A stretch of DNA of 63,304 nt from an uncultured virus (IMG/VR IMGVR_UViG_3300042808_000075) (Duplodnaviria; Heunggongvirae; Uroviricota; Caudoviricetes), in IMG/VR virus record IMGVR_UViG_3300042808_000075; one strand, 5' to 3'. The notes under the pieces are model-generated. The model worked only from the letters and a program-made list of their open reading frames with translations. It was not told the origin of the DNA and did no database searches. Position numbers and translations under genes: made by a program. Positions 29,218-38,725 of the stretch are shown piece by piece (position 1 is the first letter of the stretch; every line of letters begins with the position of its first letter).

Positions 29218-30453
29218 TCAAAAACTTATTGGTTGAAAATGCACATTTTTACTATTTCCACTGGTAATGTTCCCACCTACACGTAAATATATAGCTGATG
29301 CTTCACCATTTAATGAAAAACACCCAAATATTTTTTTCAATATTTTAAAACCAGTTTCAGATTTTACTGTTATAGTATTCCCATGTACATATTTTTGGTA
29401 TATCATTTCTTGGTCAAAATAATCATTACCAGTATCTTTTTCTATTAATTGTTGATTGGCATCGTATATACTGATTCCTCCACCTTCACGACCATAAAAT
29501 GGTTTTACTACATATTCTTCATTTATAAAGTCATTTTCCATATATGTTGGTAACATATATTTTTCAATAATGTGTTTTTCTGATTGTGAAAAGAAATTAT
29601 CTTTCAAATGCCAAATTAATGCTTGTAAACTTTTGACCTGTGCAATTAATGCAGATGGAGGATTGATTAATGCTAATCTTTTCTTTTGTACTAATTTTAA
29701 TAATTCTATTCCTGTTGGATAACCAGTTTCATCTTTATCATTTACAAAAAAACACAATGGATGTAAACGGTATAAAACATCTACAGGATATAAATTGTCT
29801 CCATCTAATGCAAATAATTTATCTTTGTATATTTTTAAATCTTTTAACGGTACATATTTACCATTGGTGTTAGAGGCTTGCAATAAAAACTTTGTTGTGC
29901 CAATATCTTCAAAATGAGTATCAATAGAACTGAAAAATACATTTTTTACATTATAACCTAAATTTTTATATAATTCAATATACTGATGAAAAGAATTTTC
30001 AATATCTTTTAAATTTTCTTCATTAGGATTTTTTAAATTATAATAATCACAGATTTTTTTATTAACTAAAAAAGATTCTACTATAGCACAAGGTGTATCT
30101 GCATTAAATTCTAACATTTTGATTCCATTATCAGTTTCAATAAAATCAAATCTACCAATTAATGTACATAATAAATTAGGAGAAAATCTTACAATGTCAA
30201 TTAACTCTTTTGGGATACCTAACATTTTTAAAATATTTTCATCAGCAGGTTTTAAATTATTAACTACTTTATTGAAAATATTTGTTAAATGTTTTGTTGC
30301 ATATCGCAACTCTTCTGCTAATTCTTTTGTTATAGTATACGGTTGTGTAAGTGCATAATCATAGTTTGTATATTGACATTTTGCCCAAGGGAATTCTTCA
30401 TTTGTAACCACTTCTCCATAAATATTATGAAGCGGCACTCCTTCCTCCACCAC
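29218..30453 (-). CDS. glutathionylspermidine synthase family ATP-grasp protein
   Basis: GRFD, KMLEFNADTP, LYRLHP, INPP, VKP.YGREG. Confidence 0.9.
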   Translation of the reverse strand: MVEEGVPLHNIYGEVVTNEEFPWAKCQYTNYDYALTQPYTITKELAEELRYATKHLTNIFNKVVNNLKPADENILKMLGIPKELIDIVRFSPNLLCTLIGRFDFIETDNGIKMLEFNADTPCAIVESFLVNKKICDYYNLKNPNEENLKDIENSFHQYIELYKNLGYNVKNVFFSSIDTHFEDIGTTKFLLQASNTNGKYVPLKDLKIYKDKLFALDGDNLYPVDVLYRLHPLCFFVNDKDETGYPTGIELLKLVQKKRLALINPPSALIAQVKSLQALIWHLKDNFFSQSEKHIIEKYMLPTYMENDFINEEYVVKPFYGREGGGISIYDANQQLIEKDTGNDYFDQEMIYQKYVHGNTITVKSETGFKILKKIFGCFSLNGEASAIYLRVGGNITSGNSKNVHFQPISF

Positions 30454-30751
30454 TACCTATTCCACCTTTCACAGATGTTATACCATTTCCAAGTTGTGAA
30501 CCTTTAACCAATCCTGAATAAGAATTTGTAGCAGAATTGTATGTTGTTCCTGCTAATGGTTGTGGCGTAGAAGAAAAATAATGATCTACTCCATTTTTTC
30601 TGTAATAATTATGATACATTCCATTACTATGCGACGAAATTACATGATGATCGTCATCATCATCATTTTGAGATACATTTGAACCACATCCGTTTAAAAT
30701 AAACGATGCACTAGCTAATACAGCAATAGCAATTACATTAATCTTTTTCAT
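30425..30751 (-). CDS. lipoprotein with Gly/Ser-rich tail (YgiB/YjfM-like role)
   Basis: Signal peptide with lipobox LNGC; C-terminal KGGIGSGGGRSAAS; directly upstream of GSP synthase. Confidence 0.75.
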   Translation of the reverse strand: MKKINVIAIAVLASASFILNGCGSNVSQNDDDDDHHVISSHSNGMYHNYYRKNGVDHYFSSTPQPLAGTTYNSATNSYSGLVKGSQLGNGITSVKGGIGSGGGRSAAS

Positions 30752-31658
30752 CTTTTAATATCACTTCTTCTATATTTTTTTTGGTAATATTGTTATTTAA
30801 CTTTGATTGAAAAAATCGTTTTTCGTTTTCTAATAATTGTTTATATTCTTCCGTTTTTCGCCATTCATCCATGTGTTTTTTTGCTTTCAGATGAATATAA
30901 GCATTGTATAGTGGTTTATCATCATCCTTAGAGTATCTTTTATTAATTTCTTCTCGTTCACTCTCTTCAATTTTTTTAATAGCCAATTTTTCTACTCTTT
31001 TATCAAAATTGCTATTAATTTCATCTAGAATTTTTTGTTGATTACTAAAAAATTCAGAACATAAAAGTTCAGTAAGATTACCACTATAGTTAACCACTAT
31101 CCCTTCATTTGATGGTTTCCATGAAGGATTCAATACATCTTCCCAATCTTTTCTTCTTTCTTCCCATTGTTCATGCGTACATGTTTCATCAGGGTCTACA
31201 TTATCCCAATAACCATAAAACTCTATCTCAGGGATGTTTTTAAATATATCATCACACTTGTCCATGTAAAATATAGCTAATATTTTATCGTTTTTCAAAA
31301 AATACACTGCATCATTATTTAGATTAAACATCCAACTTTTTTCATACATATTGGTTTTATTATAATCATCATGTATTTTAAAAATTGAATAAATTAAATT
31401 ATTTAATGACATAAAATTTAACTCTTTATTATTTGTATTATTTGCAAGGAAAATAAAATCTTCTGCTATTTCCTTTACACCATTTTTACCAGCTATACAA
31501 TATTCATCATATATTCTTGTCAAAATGCCGATATATAATTGTTTGATATTATTGTGATTGTGTTTATGGATTGCTTGTTTTATTTTTTGATTAATTTCAT
31601 TAAATTGATTTAATGTTGTAACATTAATTTTATATCCATTGTAAATAGTAGTAGACAA
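30738..31658 (-). CDS. conserved phage hypothetical protein
   Basis: MST.IYNG; Y.YW.N.DP......W..R...W. Confidence 0.75.
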   Translation of the reverse strand: MSTTIYNGYKINVTTLNQFNEINQKIKQAIHKHNHNNIKQLYIGILTRIYDEYCIAGKNGVKEIAEDFIFLANNTNNKELNFMSLNNLIYSIFKIHDDYNKTNMYEKSWMFNLNNDAVYFLKNDKILAIFYMDKCDDIFKNIPEIEFYGYWDNVDPDETCTHEQWEERRKDWEDVLNPSWKPSNEGIVVNYSGNLTELLCSEFFSNQQKILDEINSNFDKRVEKLAIKKIEESEREEINKRYSKDDDKPLYNAYIHLKAKKHMDEWRKTEEYKQLLENEKRFFQSKLNNNITKKNIEEVILKDEKD

Positions 31659-31721
31659 TAAAATTCACCCCCTAGTTTATTGTAATTCAAAAAAACACAA
31701 AAGTCAACTCTGTTATATAAA

Positions 31722-31747
31722 AAAAGCACTCTTAAATGAGTGCTTTT
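31722..31747 (-). terminator. intrinsic terminator
   Basis: AAAAGCACTC/GAGTGCTTTT. Confidence 0.75.
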
Positions 31748-31754
31748 AAAAACC

Positions 31755-32738
31755 TTAATAACGCGAATTAATTCTGTTTAAAACTTCAATCTGTTTATCT
31801 GTCAAAGGATATTTATTAAATTTAAAAATCAAATTTTCAAACAATTCTTTATCAAATTTACCAAAATTTAATCTTTTTTTATTTAATTGAGTAATTACCT
31901 GTTTTGCTAATTCATAATTATAACTAGCAATTTTTTGCAGAAATCTTTTTTGATTATAAGATAAATCACTGTACATGTCAAAATGGTTTCTGATATCCTG
32001 TGTTTGCGTTTTAAGATGTGAAGGTACACCATCTTTTAATAACAACTCATCAACTATTTCCATTGTTTTTTCCATGTCAGGATTAAGTGCAAAAAAATGT
32101 TGTTTAGCATCCAAATTAGTCATTTTGCGTAATGCTTTGTGATAATAAAATTCAATTTCTTTCATGACTTTTTTCGGGAAGGGTAATTCATATTTAATAA
32201 AGTTTTCAAAAAGGCCAATCTCAATTAAACGTTTAAATTGTTTTCCTTCATCTTGAATATAATCTGTGGCTTCAAACATTTCTGATTTAGCTAGTTCAAA
32301 TTTTTTAATTGCATGATGTACTTCATCATATTTTTGAAATGTACCAAATTCATCAAGATTAGAAAGGCAATCAGAAATATATCGATTGGTTTCATAAAAA
32401 CCTTTACGAATTAATTTTAATTGTAATTCAGTAAGATGAAAGAATTCACTAACACATTTGATTCCAAACTTTACTTCTTCATTGGTTACAATGTTTTTTG
32501 CAAAATGAACAAAGCGTAAAGCATGACCACGGGTGCAATGATCACCGGGGAATTCATAAGTGTCAATAAATCCATTATATACCCAATCTTTAATAAGTTC
32601 CGGTTGACCAATTTTGTCTAAGGCAAATTGTTCAAAACGATTAGCAGTACGAATTTGGGAAAATTGATTTAAAAATTCTTTTTGTTCATCTTTTAAATTA
32701 ATTTCCTCCAACAATTGTACCATTGTTTTTTTTGCCAT
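31755..32738 (-). CDS. hypothetical protein with putative Zn site
   Basis: CTRGH...FGIKC; own promoter 32773-32801. Confidence 0.75.
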   Translation of the reverse strand: MAKKTMVQLLEEINLKDEQKEFLNQFSQIRTANRFEQFALDKIGQPELIKDWVYNGFIDTYEFPGDHCTRGHALRFVHFAKNIVTNEEVKFGIKCVSEFFHLTELQLKLIRKGFYETNRYISDCLSNLDEFGTFQKYDEVHHAIKKFELAKSEMFEATDYIQDEGKQFKRLIEIGLFENFIKYELPFPKKVMKEIEFYYHKALRKMTNLDAKQHFFALNPDMEKTMEIVDELLLKDGVPSHLKTQTQDIRNHFDMYSDLSYNQKRFLQKIASYNYELAKQVITQLNKKRLNFGKFDKELFENLIFKFNKYPLTDKQIEVLNRINSRY

Positions 32739-32808
32739 TTCTTTTTATCTTCCTTTCTTTACGTTATAAGTAATTATAACATAAAGATTTAAGATTGTAA
32801 AGAAAAAA

Positions 32809-33000
32809 TCACTTGTTTTTATAATTTCTCAAAAAATCAATTTCTTCTTGTGTTAAATCAGAAATATCATAATAATCTATATGATTATAAGAATCGGGTG
32901 AATTCCAAGTGCTACACATCAGAAGCTTTTTTATAGTTGAAATAGGAACACCTAGTTTGTCAGACGCTTCTCTAGCTGTCAATCTTTTCAAGTCTTCCAT
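32809..33000 (-). CDS. small HTH-like protein
   Basis: LTAREASDKLGVPISTIKK; SD GGGGAGG. Confidence 0.65.
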   Translation of the reverse strand: MEDLKRLTAREASDKLGVPISTIKKLLMCSTWNSPDSYNHIDYYDISDLTQEEIDFLRNYKNK

Positions 33001-33045
33001 CGTTCAACACCTCCCCCATACTATATTTTAACATATAATATATGT

Positions 33046-33936
33046 TTATACAATGCTTTTTAGCAATTCTTTCCATTTTTTGTTATTTACTTTTCTTTGA
33101 TTGATTTTTATGCCATTTTTATACGTTACCATTGTCTTATGGTTGTCATGTTTCCATTGTAAGACAGTATATGCATTATTATTGACTGTATATTCTTTAA
33201 CAAATTTAATATAATTCTTTTTATTTAAATAAACGTAAAAATTATCTTTTAATTCCATATGTTCTAATGGGAAATGTTTAAAACAGTTGAAATAACGGAA
33301 TAAAAATACAGATTTTTCAGCAAGATTATCTGTATGTTTCACTTTTGGAAAGCCAAAATAACAATTTTGCACTTCAATGTTGTAAGAAAATTGAAATTTA
33401 AAATCGATTGTTTTACTTTCTTCTATTCTCTTTTCCATTTTTTTAATAAATTTTTCTAGTAAAAAATCAGGAGTGATTTTTATATTAAAAATTAAACAAC
33501 TAATATTAGTTGTAATTATAAGTTTGTTTTTGTCCCGTCGAATACTTTTAATAATATTTTTATCTTTAAAATAATTTTCAACACCATCTTTAACATTAAA
33601 AAACAATATAACTATATCATTTATGTATTTGCTTAAGTTTTTTGCTACTTCATTATAATCATCATTATAATCAATATGAAATTTTTCATCATTAATAGTA
33701 TTTGTTACTACTCTACCGCTAAAATCAAAACAATCTGAAAGTCTATTTGAATTAAAGCTTAACATACTTTTTACTAATGAACGAAACATTTTTTCAATTT
33801 CTTCTTGGCTTTTATTTTTCTGATACGTGATATAATCCATTGCTTGTTTATTGTTATCCAAAGTATATATTAAAAGCACTTCATTTAATTTGGTTATAAT
33901 CTGTCTATGCATCTCTATTAATTCACAATAGCTCAT
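33046..33936 (-). CDS. hypothetical protein
   Basis: 296-aa ORF with own promoter 33961-33989. Confidence 0.7.
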   Translation of the reverse strand: MSYCELIEMHRQIITKLNEVLLIYTLDNNKQAMDYITYQKNKSQEEIEKMFRSLVKSMLSFNSNRLSDCFDFSGRVVTNTINDEKFHIDYNDDYNEVAKNLSKYINDIVILFFNVKDGVENYFKDKNIIKSIRRDKNKLIITTNISCLIFNIKITPDFLLEKFIKKMEKRIEESKTIDFKFQFSYNIEVQNCYFGFPKVKHTDNLAEKSVFLFRYFNCFKHFPLEHMELKDNFYVYLNKKNYIKFVKEYTVNNNAYTVLQWKHDNHKTMVTYKNGIKINQRKVNNKKWKELLKSIV

Positions 33937-34027
33937 TTTAGACCATCCTTTTTTATTTTAATTATATCATGTGTGTTTAAATGTGTAAATAAAAAAACAA
34001 CTTGATTTAACAAGCTGTTTTTGAAAA

Positions 34028-34423
34028 CTATAACATGCTTTTTATATTATCTATGTAATTACTTTCTACTTTTGCAGGTACACCTGCACTAGCTAAAACA
34101 CAAGACATGCTTGCTTTATTTTTAAAATAAGACCATACATCATCATCTAAAATACAATTAACAAATACATAATTAGGATAAATTTTAGTTACTTTTTTTC
34201 TTGTAATTGGTTTACCATTAGCATTTAATTTTTCAATCAATTCTTCTTTAATAGGTACAACAATTTCTTTTATTTTCCCATTTAATATAGGATTGTTTTT
34301 TAATCCATCTAAAACATCATCTCTAAATTTTTTTTCATTATTAAATTTAGTTACTATAGTATACCATTGAAAACTTTCCTTATCATCCAATACTATATTT
34401 TGTAATATTGCTATTTTTGCCAT
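34028..34423 (-). CDS. NusG N-terminal (NGN) domain protein lacking KOW
   Basis: WYTIVT...E, EIVVP..E, KIYPNYVFV....DDDVW. Confidence 0.85.
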   Translation of the reverse strand: MAKIAILQNIVLDDKESFQWYTIVTKFNNEKKFRDDVLDGLKNNPILNGKIKEIVVPIKEELIEKLNANGKPITRKKVTKIYPNYVFVNCILDDDVWSYFKNKASMSCVLASAGVPAKVESNYIDNIKSML

Positions 34424-34430
34424 TAAAAGT

Positions 34431-34991
34431 CTATTCCCCTTTTGTCAAATAATGATAAATTTCTTTTAATTCTTGTTCAGATACGCAATGTTTTATGCTT
34501 AATTGTTTATAATCTTTTTCTTCTGATAAATATTGTTTGATTATTTTGGTAATTAAATTATTAACATTATCAGTTATTTCATGCTTGGGTTTTTCTTCTA
34601 TCTTACTTTGCAAAGCAATATATAATTGTCTAACACATGCTCTTGATACACCAAATTTATTAGCAATATCATTATAAGACATTCTTTCGTTAATTAAATA
34701 ATGTTCTATCATTCTTATTGCTAATTTATTTTCTAGAGTTAATTGTTTACTCTTTCCTTGTTGTGTTTTAATAGTACGTTGTGCTTTATAAAGACCTAAA
34801 GTTTTTAATGCATTGGGAATACTTTTGAAATAATGACTAATGAGTACATAGTCATTTTTTCTTTCTTTGCGTAATCTAGCTAAATCAACACAATGAGAAC
34901 TGTCAGCATAACTTAAAATAACATTAATTAATTTTTGCCGTTTATCTTCACGGATAGGTTTTAAATTATTAATATTTTGCACGAAAATCAC
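34431..34991 (-). CDS. HTH DNA-binding protein
   Basis: MSYNDIANKFGVSRACVRQ; second degenerate HTH at C-terminus. Confidence 0.7.
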   Translation of the reverse strand: MIFVQNINNLKPIREDKRQKLINVILSYADSSHCVDLARLRKERKNDYVLISHYFKSIPNALKTLGLYKAQRTIKTQQGKSKQLTLENKLAIRMIEHYLINERMSYNDIANKFGVSRACVRQLYIALQSKIEEKPKHEITDNVNNLITKIIKQYLSEEKDYKQLSIKHCVSEQELKEIYHYLTKGE

Positions 34992-35049
34992 CCCTTTAAA
35001 AAATATTTCTCATACTTTATTTTAACAAAATATTTTAAAAAAGTAAATA

Positions 35050-35075
35050 GGCAGGTTGAAATATTTCAACCTGCC
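35050..35075 (-). terminator. hairpin / probable terminator
   Basis: GGCAGGTTGAAA/TTTCAACCTGCC. Confidence 0.65.
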
Positions 35076-35083
35076 ATTCTTTA

Positions 35084-36346
35084 TTAGATTTTCAAAACTG
35101 CATGTAATCCCCAAGGAGGGGTAACTTCTTCATTAGTAATTAACCAAATTACAGGAATGCCACCAGTAATGTTTTCATTAGTAGGGAAGTCTGCAAAGCC
35201 ATCAGTTAGCATTACAATACCCGCTACTTCATCTAAATCCATATGTTCTTTAGCATAAGAAAGTGGTTTGTGAAAATCAGTGCCACCGCCGCCAACAGGA
35301 CGTATTTTCAAAACATCATCTATACCTTCAAATTTTTGAGGTTCATAAACAGCATGATCAAAAAAGCCTAAATACCCTTCAAGTTTATCAAACTGTTGAA
35401 TTGCACCCAAAATTTCACCATAAACTTTTAACAAAATATCATCCGTAATACTACCAGAAGTATCAACCAAAAACAAAATCTTTTTTACTTGTTCTGCTAC
35501 TTCTGAAAAATCTGGAAGAATAAAATCACTATTTGCAAAACGTCTGTCAGGAGGATTAAAACCATAATCAGCAAAATAATATTCAACAAATTCAGCCAAC
35601 AAAAGCCGCCAATCTTTTTGTGGTTTTAATAGTCTCCCAACTAAGCGTTCAAGATATCCCGGTATACTACCGGGATGACGAGACATTGCTTCTTTTGCGG
35701 CATTAATCAATCGCCCTTCCCAATCAGCTTGTTTCGATTCACTGTTTTGTTGTGTTTCTTCTTTATCCCAATAATCGTGGCAATCGATAGTATAAACGCC
35801 AGTATCAAATGGATTTCCACCACCACTATTCTGTTTGCAAAATTCACTCAATTGCTTTTTATCACTAGGTAATTTATCATAGATTTCATCTGCCGACAGT
35901 CCATTAAAATCTTTATTAAGTAACGCACCTGCTGGTAATTGAAAGTATGAAGCCATATTTGCAGAATCTTTTTCAATATGTTCTGTTATCATACTATTAA
36001 TAGCAAAATCACAAGCAACATTCCACCGTTCAGCGTCACGATGACCACGCCGCCAAAGATGACCTAACGCCGCATGTAAAACTTCATGTACATTAACAAA
36101 ATTCAAACAAGAAAAATTAACAGCCTCTTTAGATAAATGCAACACAAATCGAGGATTAAAAATCAAATCTTTCCCATCAGTTGCCATTGTAGGACAATTA
36201 TATGACATAACTGTTTTTAAACTTAGTGCTAATTGACCATAAAATGGGAAACTAACAATTAAATGAATCCGACTGCTTTCAATATGAAATTGTGCAAGTT
36301 CTTCTTCTTCTTTTGTACATGGTTTTGTAAGGATAACTTCGCTCAT
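35084..36346 (-). CDS. DUF2201-type metallopeptidase plus VWA-like domain protein
   Basis: TMATDG, HEVLH, WNVACD.AIN; MIDAS DTSGS, GGGGTDF, LTDG; start moved to MSEV (36346) because a promoter lies at 36375-36403. Confidence 0.9.
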   Translation of the reverse strand: MSEVILTKPCTKEEEELAQFHIESSRIHLIVSFPFYGQLALSLKTVMSYNCPTMATDGKDLIFNPRFVLHLSKEAVNFSCLNFVNVHEVLHAALGHLWRRGHRDAERWNVACDFAINSMITEHIEKDSANMASYFQLPAGALLNKDFNGLSADEIYDKLPSDKKQLSEFCKQNSGGGNPFDTGVYTIDCHDYWDKEETQQNSESKQADWEGRLINAAKEAMSRHPGSIPGYLERLVGRLLKPQKDWRLLLAEFVEYYFADYGFNPPDRRFANSDFILPDFSEVAEQVKKILFLVDTSGSITDDILLKVYGEILGAIQQFDKLEGYLGFFDHAVYEPQKFEGIDDVLKIRPVGGGGTDFHKPLSYAKEHMDLDEVAGIVMLTDGFADFPTNENITGGIPVIWLITNEEVTPPWGLHAVLKI

Positions 36347-36409
36347 TTCTCTTCTCCTTTTGATTGATATTATAATTATAACACCAATCATTACATTTGT
36401 AAAGTGTTT

Positions 36410-37186
36410 TTAATCAATTATACGTTTACTCCAATGCATCTTTTTATTTAATGTTTCATAAAACGGATTTTCATTAAATCTTACAAAATTTACTTCATGA
36501 TTTGATTTTATAATTTCAATCTCATCACCATCATTTAATGTTTTTACTAATTGACTATCACAATATAAACCTATTTTTCTAAATCGTGAATTGATTTTCA
36601 TTTTAATATTATCTGTATTGTTAATAACTAATGCTCTAGTATTTAATAAATGAGCGCAAATAGGAATAACAATTAAAGATTGTGATTGTGGTGTTAAAAT
36701 AGGCCCACCACATGATAATGAATAAGCTGTACTTCCAGTTGGAGTAGAAACTAAAATACCATCAGCAGGAAAATCACCACAAAAATTATCATTAATAAAC
36801 ACCTTAGTTCTTAATAAATGATGATCAATAGCTTTAATACAAATATCATTAACAGCAATTTGATTAAAACATTCAATACAAGTTCTTTTATCAATAGTAA
36901 AGTCTTTATTAATTAATTTATTAATAGCTTTAAAAATACCTTCTACTGAAAAATTAACTTCATTTAAAAAACCTAATTCACCTGAGTCAATACCGATAAT
37001 AGGTTTAGATGTTAATTTACCACAACGAATAACACTACCATCTCCACCCACTGAAAATATGTAGTCAACCTTATCATAATCAAAATTCCATAAAAACTGT
37101 ACATTTTTAAAATGACTTAAAGCGGTAGTGAAATTTGTTTGTTGACTTTTAGTCATTGTTTTGCCAATAAAAACGCCTATTTTCAT
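36410..37186 (-). CDS. nadK: NAD kinase
   Basis: GGDGS, G.LGFL, ND, DGILVSTPTGSTAYSLSCGGP. Confidence 0.92.
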   Translation of the reverse strand: MKIGVFIGKTMTKSQQTNFTTALSHFKNVQFLWNFDYDKVDYIFSVGGDGSVIRCGKLTSKPIIGIDSGELGFLNEVNFSVEGIFKAINKLINKDFTIDKRTCIECFNQIAVNDICIKAIDHHLLRTKVFINDNFCGDFPADGILVSTPTGSTAYSLSCGGPILTPQSQSLIVIPICAHLLNTRALVINNTDNIKMKINSRFRKIGLYCDSQLVKTLNDGDEIEIIKSNHEVNFVRFNENPFYETLNKKMHWSKRIID

Positions 37187-37238
37187 AATAAATCCTCTTT
37201 AACAAAAAAAGGCAGGCGTTGATAACCTACCTTTTTAT

Positions 37239-37300
37239 TTTGCTTTATCTTACGATATTTGCTTTATCTTACGATATTTGCTTTATCTTACGATATTTGC
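37239..37300. repeat. three perfect tandem 19-bp repeats over the ATPase stop codon
   Basis: TTTGCTTTATCTTACGATA x3 plus partial. Confidence 0.95.
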
Positions 37301-38467
37301 TGAATTGAAGAAGTATCTACCATAAACTCCACAAAATTCTTGCCAACTTTTTGATTCCGTTAAATATGTTTTTGATTTAGGAATACGAACAATATCTTTT
37401 GCCATTTTTACACCTAATTCAGCTTGTTTGGTAATTTTCTTAAGATTGATTGAAAAGTTCAAAATGTTTTCCATGATTTTTGTTTTTTCTTCTTGAACAA
37501 GGGTTTCATCTTGCAAATGTTTGTTAGCAAGAAAAACCAATCCAGAATTAATTGCCCAACAAATATCAATATCCGTATTTTCAGGAACAGATTGCAGTTT
37601 TCCGGTAATAATGTCTTGCAAGTTGGGAAGTTTGTCATAAACTCGGCAGAATGCTTTAAATTCATTTGCTACTCCCAAACCAATAGCCGCTTGAATCCAA
37701 AGGAATTCTTTTTCCACTACTTTGTCATTATCATAAGGAGAATAATTCAAGATTTCACTAACAGCCGCCCAAGAACGGGGAGTTGGAAATGCATTATCAT
37801 CACTGCTAGGGTCAAATGCATTTAGTTTGCTTTCGGCTTTAGACAGATATGCGATAACTTGCGGATTAACGCCAGCTTTAATAGCCCAATTTTTCCAGTC
37901 ATCAAATTCCGGATATACTTCAAAGTGGTACATACGGTTTGCCAACGCTTTTGGCATTTTGTAAGCGACTGATTTATCAGTTACACGGTTGCCAGCACAA
38001 ATTACATAACAGTTATCAGGCAATTTGTGTTCACCAACTATACGATCAAGTACCAACTGATATGCCGCCGCTTGTACAGAAGGTGGTGCGGCAGAAATTT
38101 CGTCCAAGAAAAGAATATTTAAAGTATCAGGGGAATCTTCCATTTTGTAAATCTCAGGCATCAACCAAGTGGCAACTTTCAATTTCATGTCAGCTACTGG
38201 AATACCACGAAGGTCAATTGGGTTTTGCAACAACAATCGTACATCCCTGACATTAACTTTTTTATACTTAGGAATGTCTTCCAAAACCTTTTCTACAATA
38301 GTTGCCATTACCATAGATTTGCCAATTCCCGGCGGCCCCCATAGCATGGTTGCTAAGAATTGTTTGTTTGCAGGTGAATGATATTTCAGTTTTTCTACAA
38401 TCATATTCGCAAATTCATTTACTTTTACCCTTGTTCCCGCAGTGCTGATTTCTCTCGACATTTTCAT
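37283..38467 (-). CDS. MoxR/dynein-related AAA+ ATPase (partner of VWA protein)
   Basis: WGPPGIGKS, DLRGIP, ILFLDE, AGNR, ALANR, FPTPRSW. Confidence 0.9.
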   Translation of the reverse strand: MKMSREISTAGTRVKVNEFANMIVEKLKYHSPANKQFLATMLWGPPGIGKSMVMATIVEKVLEDIPKYKKVNVRDVRLLLQNPIDLRGIPVADMKLKVATWLMPEIYKMEDSPDTLNILFLDEISAAPPSVQAAAYQLVLDRIVGEHKLPDNCYVICAGNRVTDKSVAYKMPKALANRMYHFEVYPEFDDWKNWAIKAGVNPQVIAYLSKAESKLNAFDPSSDDNAFPTPRSWAAVSEILNYSPYDNDKVVEKEFLWIQAAIGLGVANEFKAFCRVYDKLPNLQDIITGKLQSVPENTDIDICWAINSGLVFLANKHLQDETLVQEEKTKIMENILNFSINLKKITKQAELGVKMAKDIVRIPKSKTYLTESKSWQEFCGVYGRYFFNSANIVR

Positions 38468-38725
38468 TTGCTCCTTTTCGTTTTGATATTTTTATTATAG
38501 CATATTACTTTAAACTTGTAAACACTTTTTTTGTTTTTAGTGTTTTTCAAATATCTCTTACATGATTCATTATAACATAGATTATTAAAATTGCAAAGTG
38601 TTTTTTAAAAAAACTTAAACTAAAAACATGAAATAGATTTTTTACAACAATCACCATTCACTTTTTAAAATCACACTCAACATTTTTATTATATCATATA
38701 AAGAAAAAAAAGTAAAGAAAAATCT

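Noticed and set aside
37239..37300. Mini CRISPR array
   Set aside because: Repeats are contiguous with no spacers
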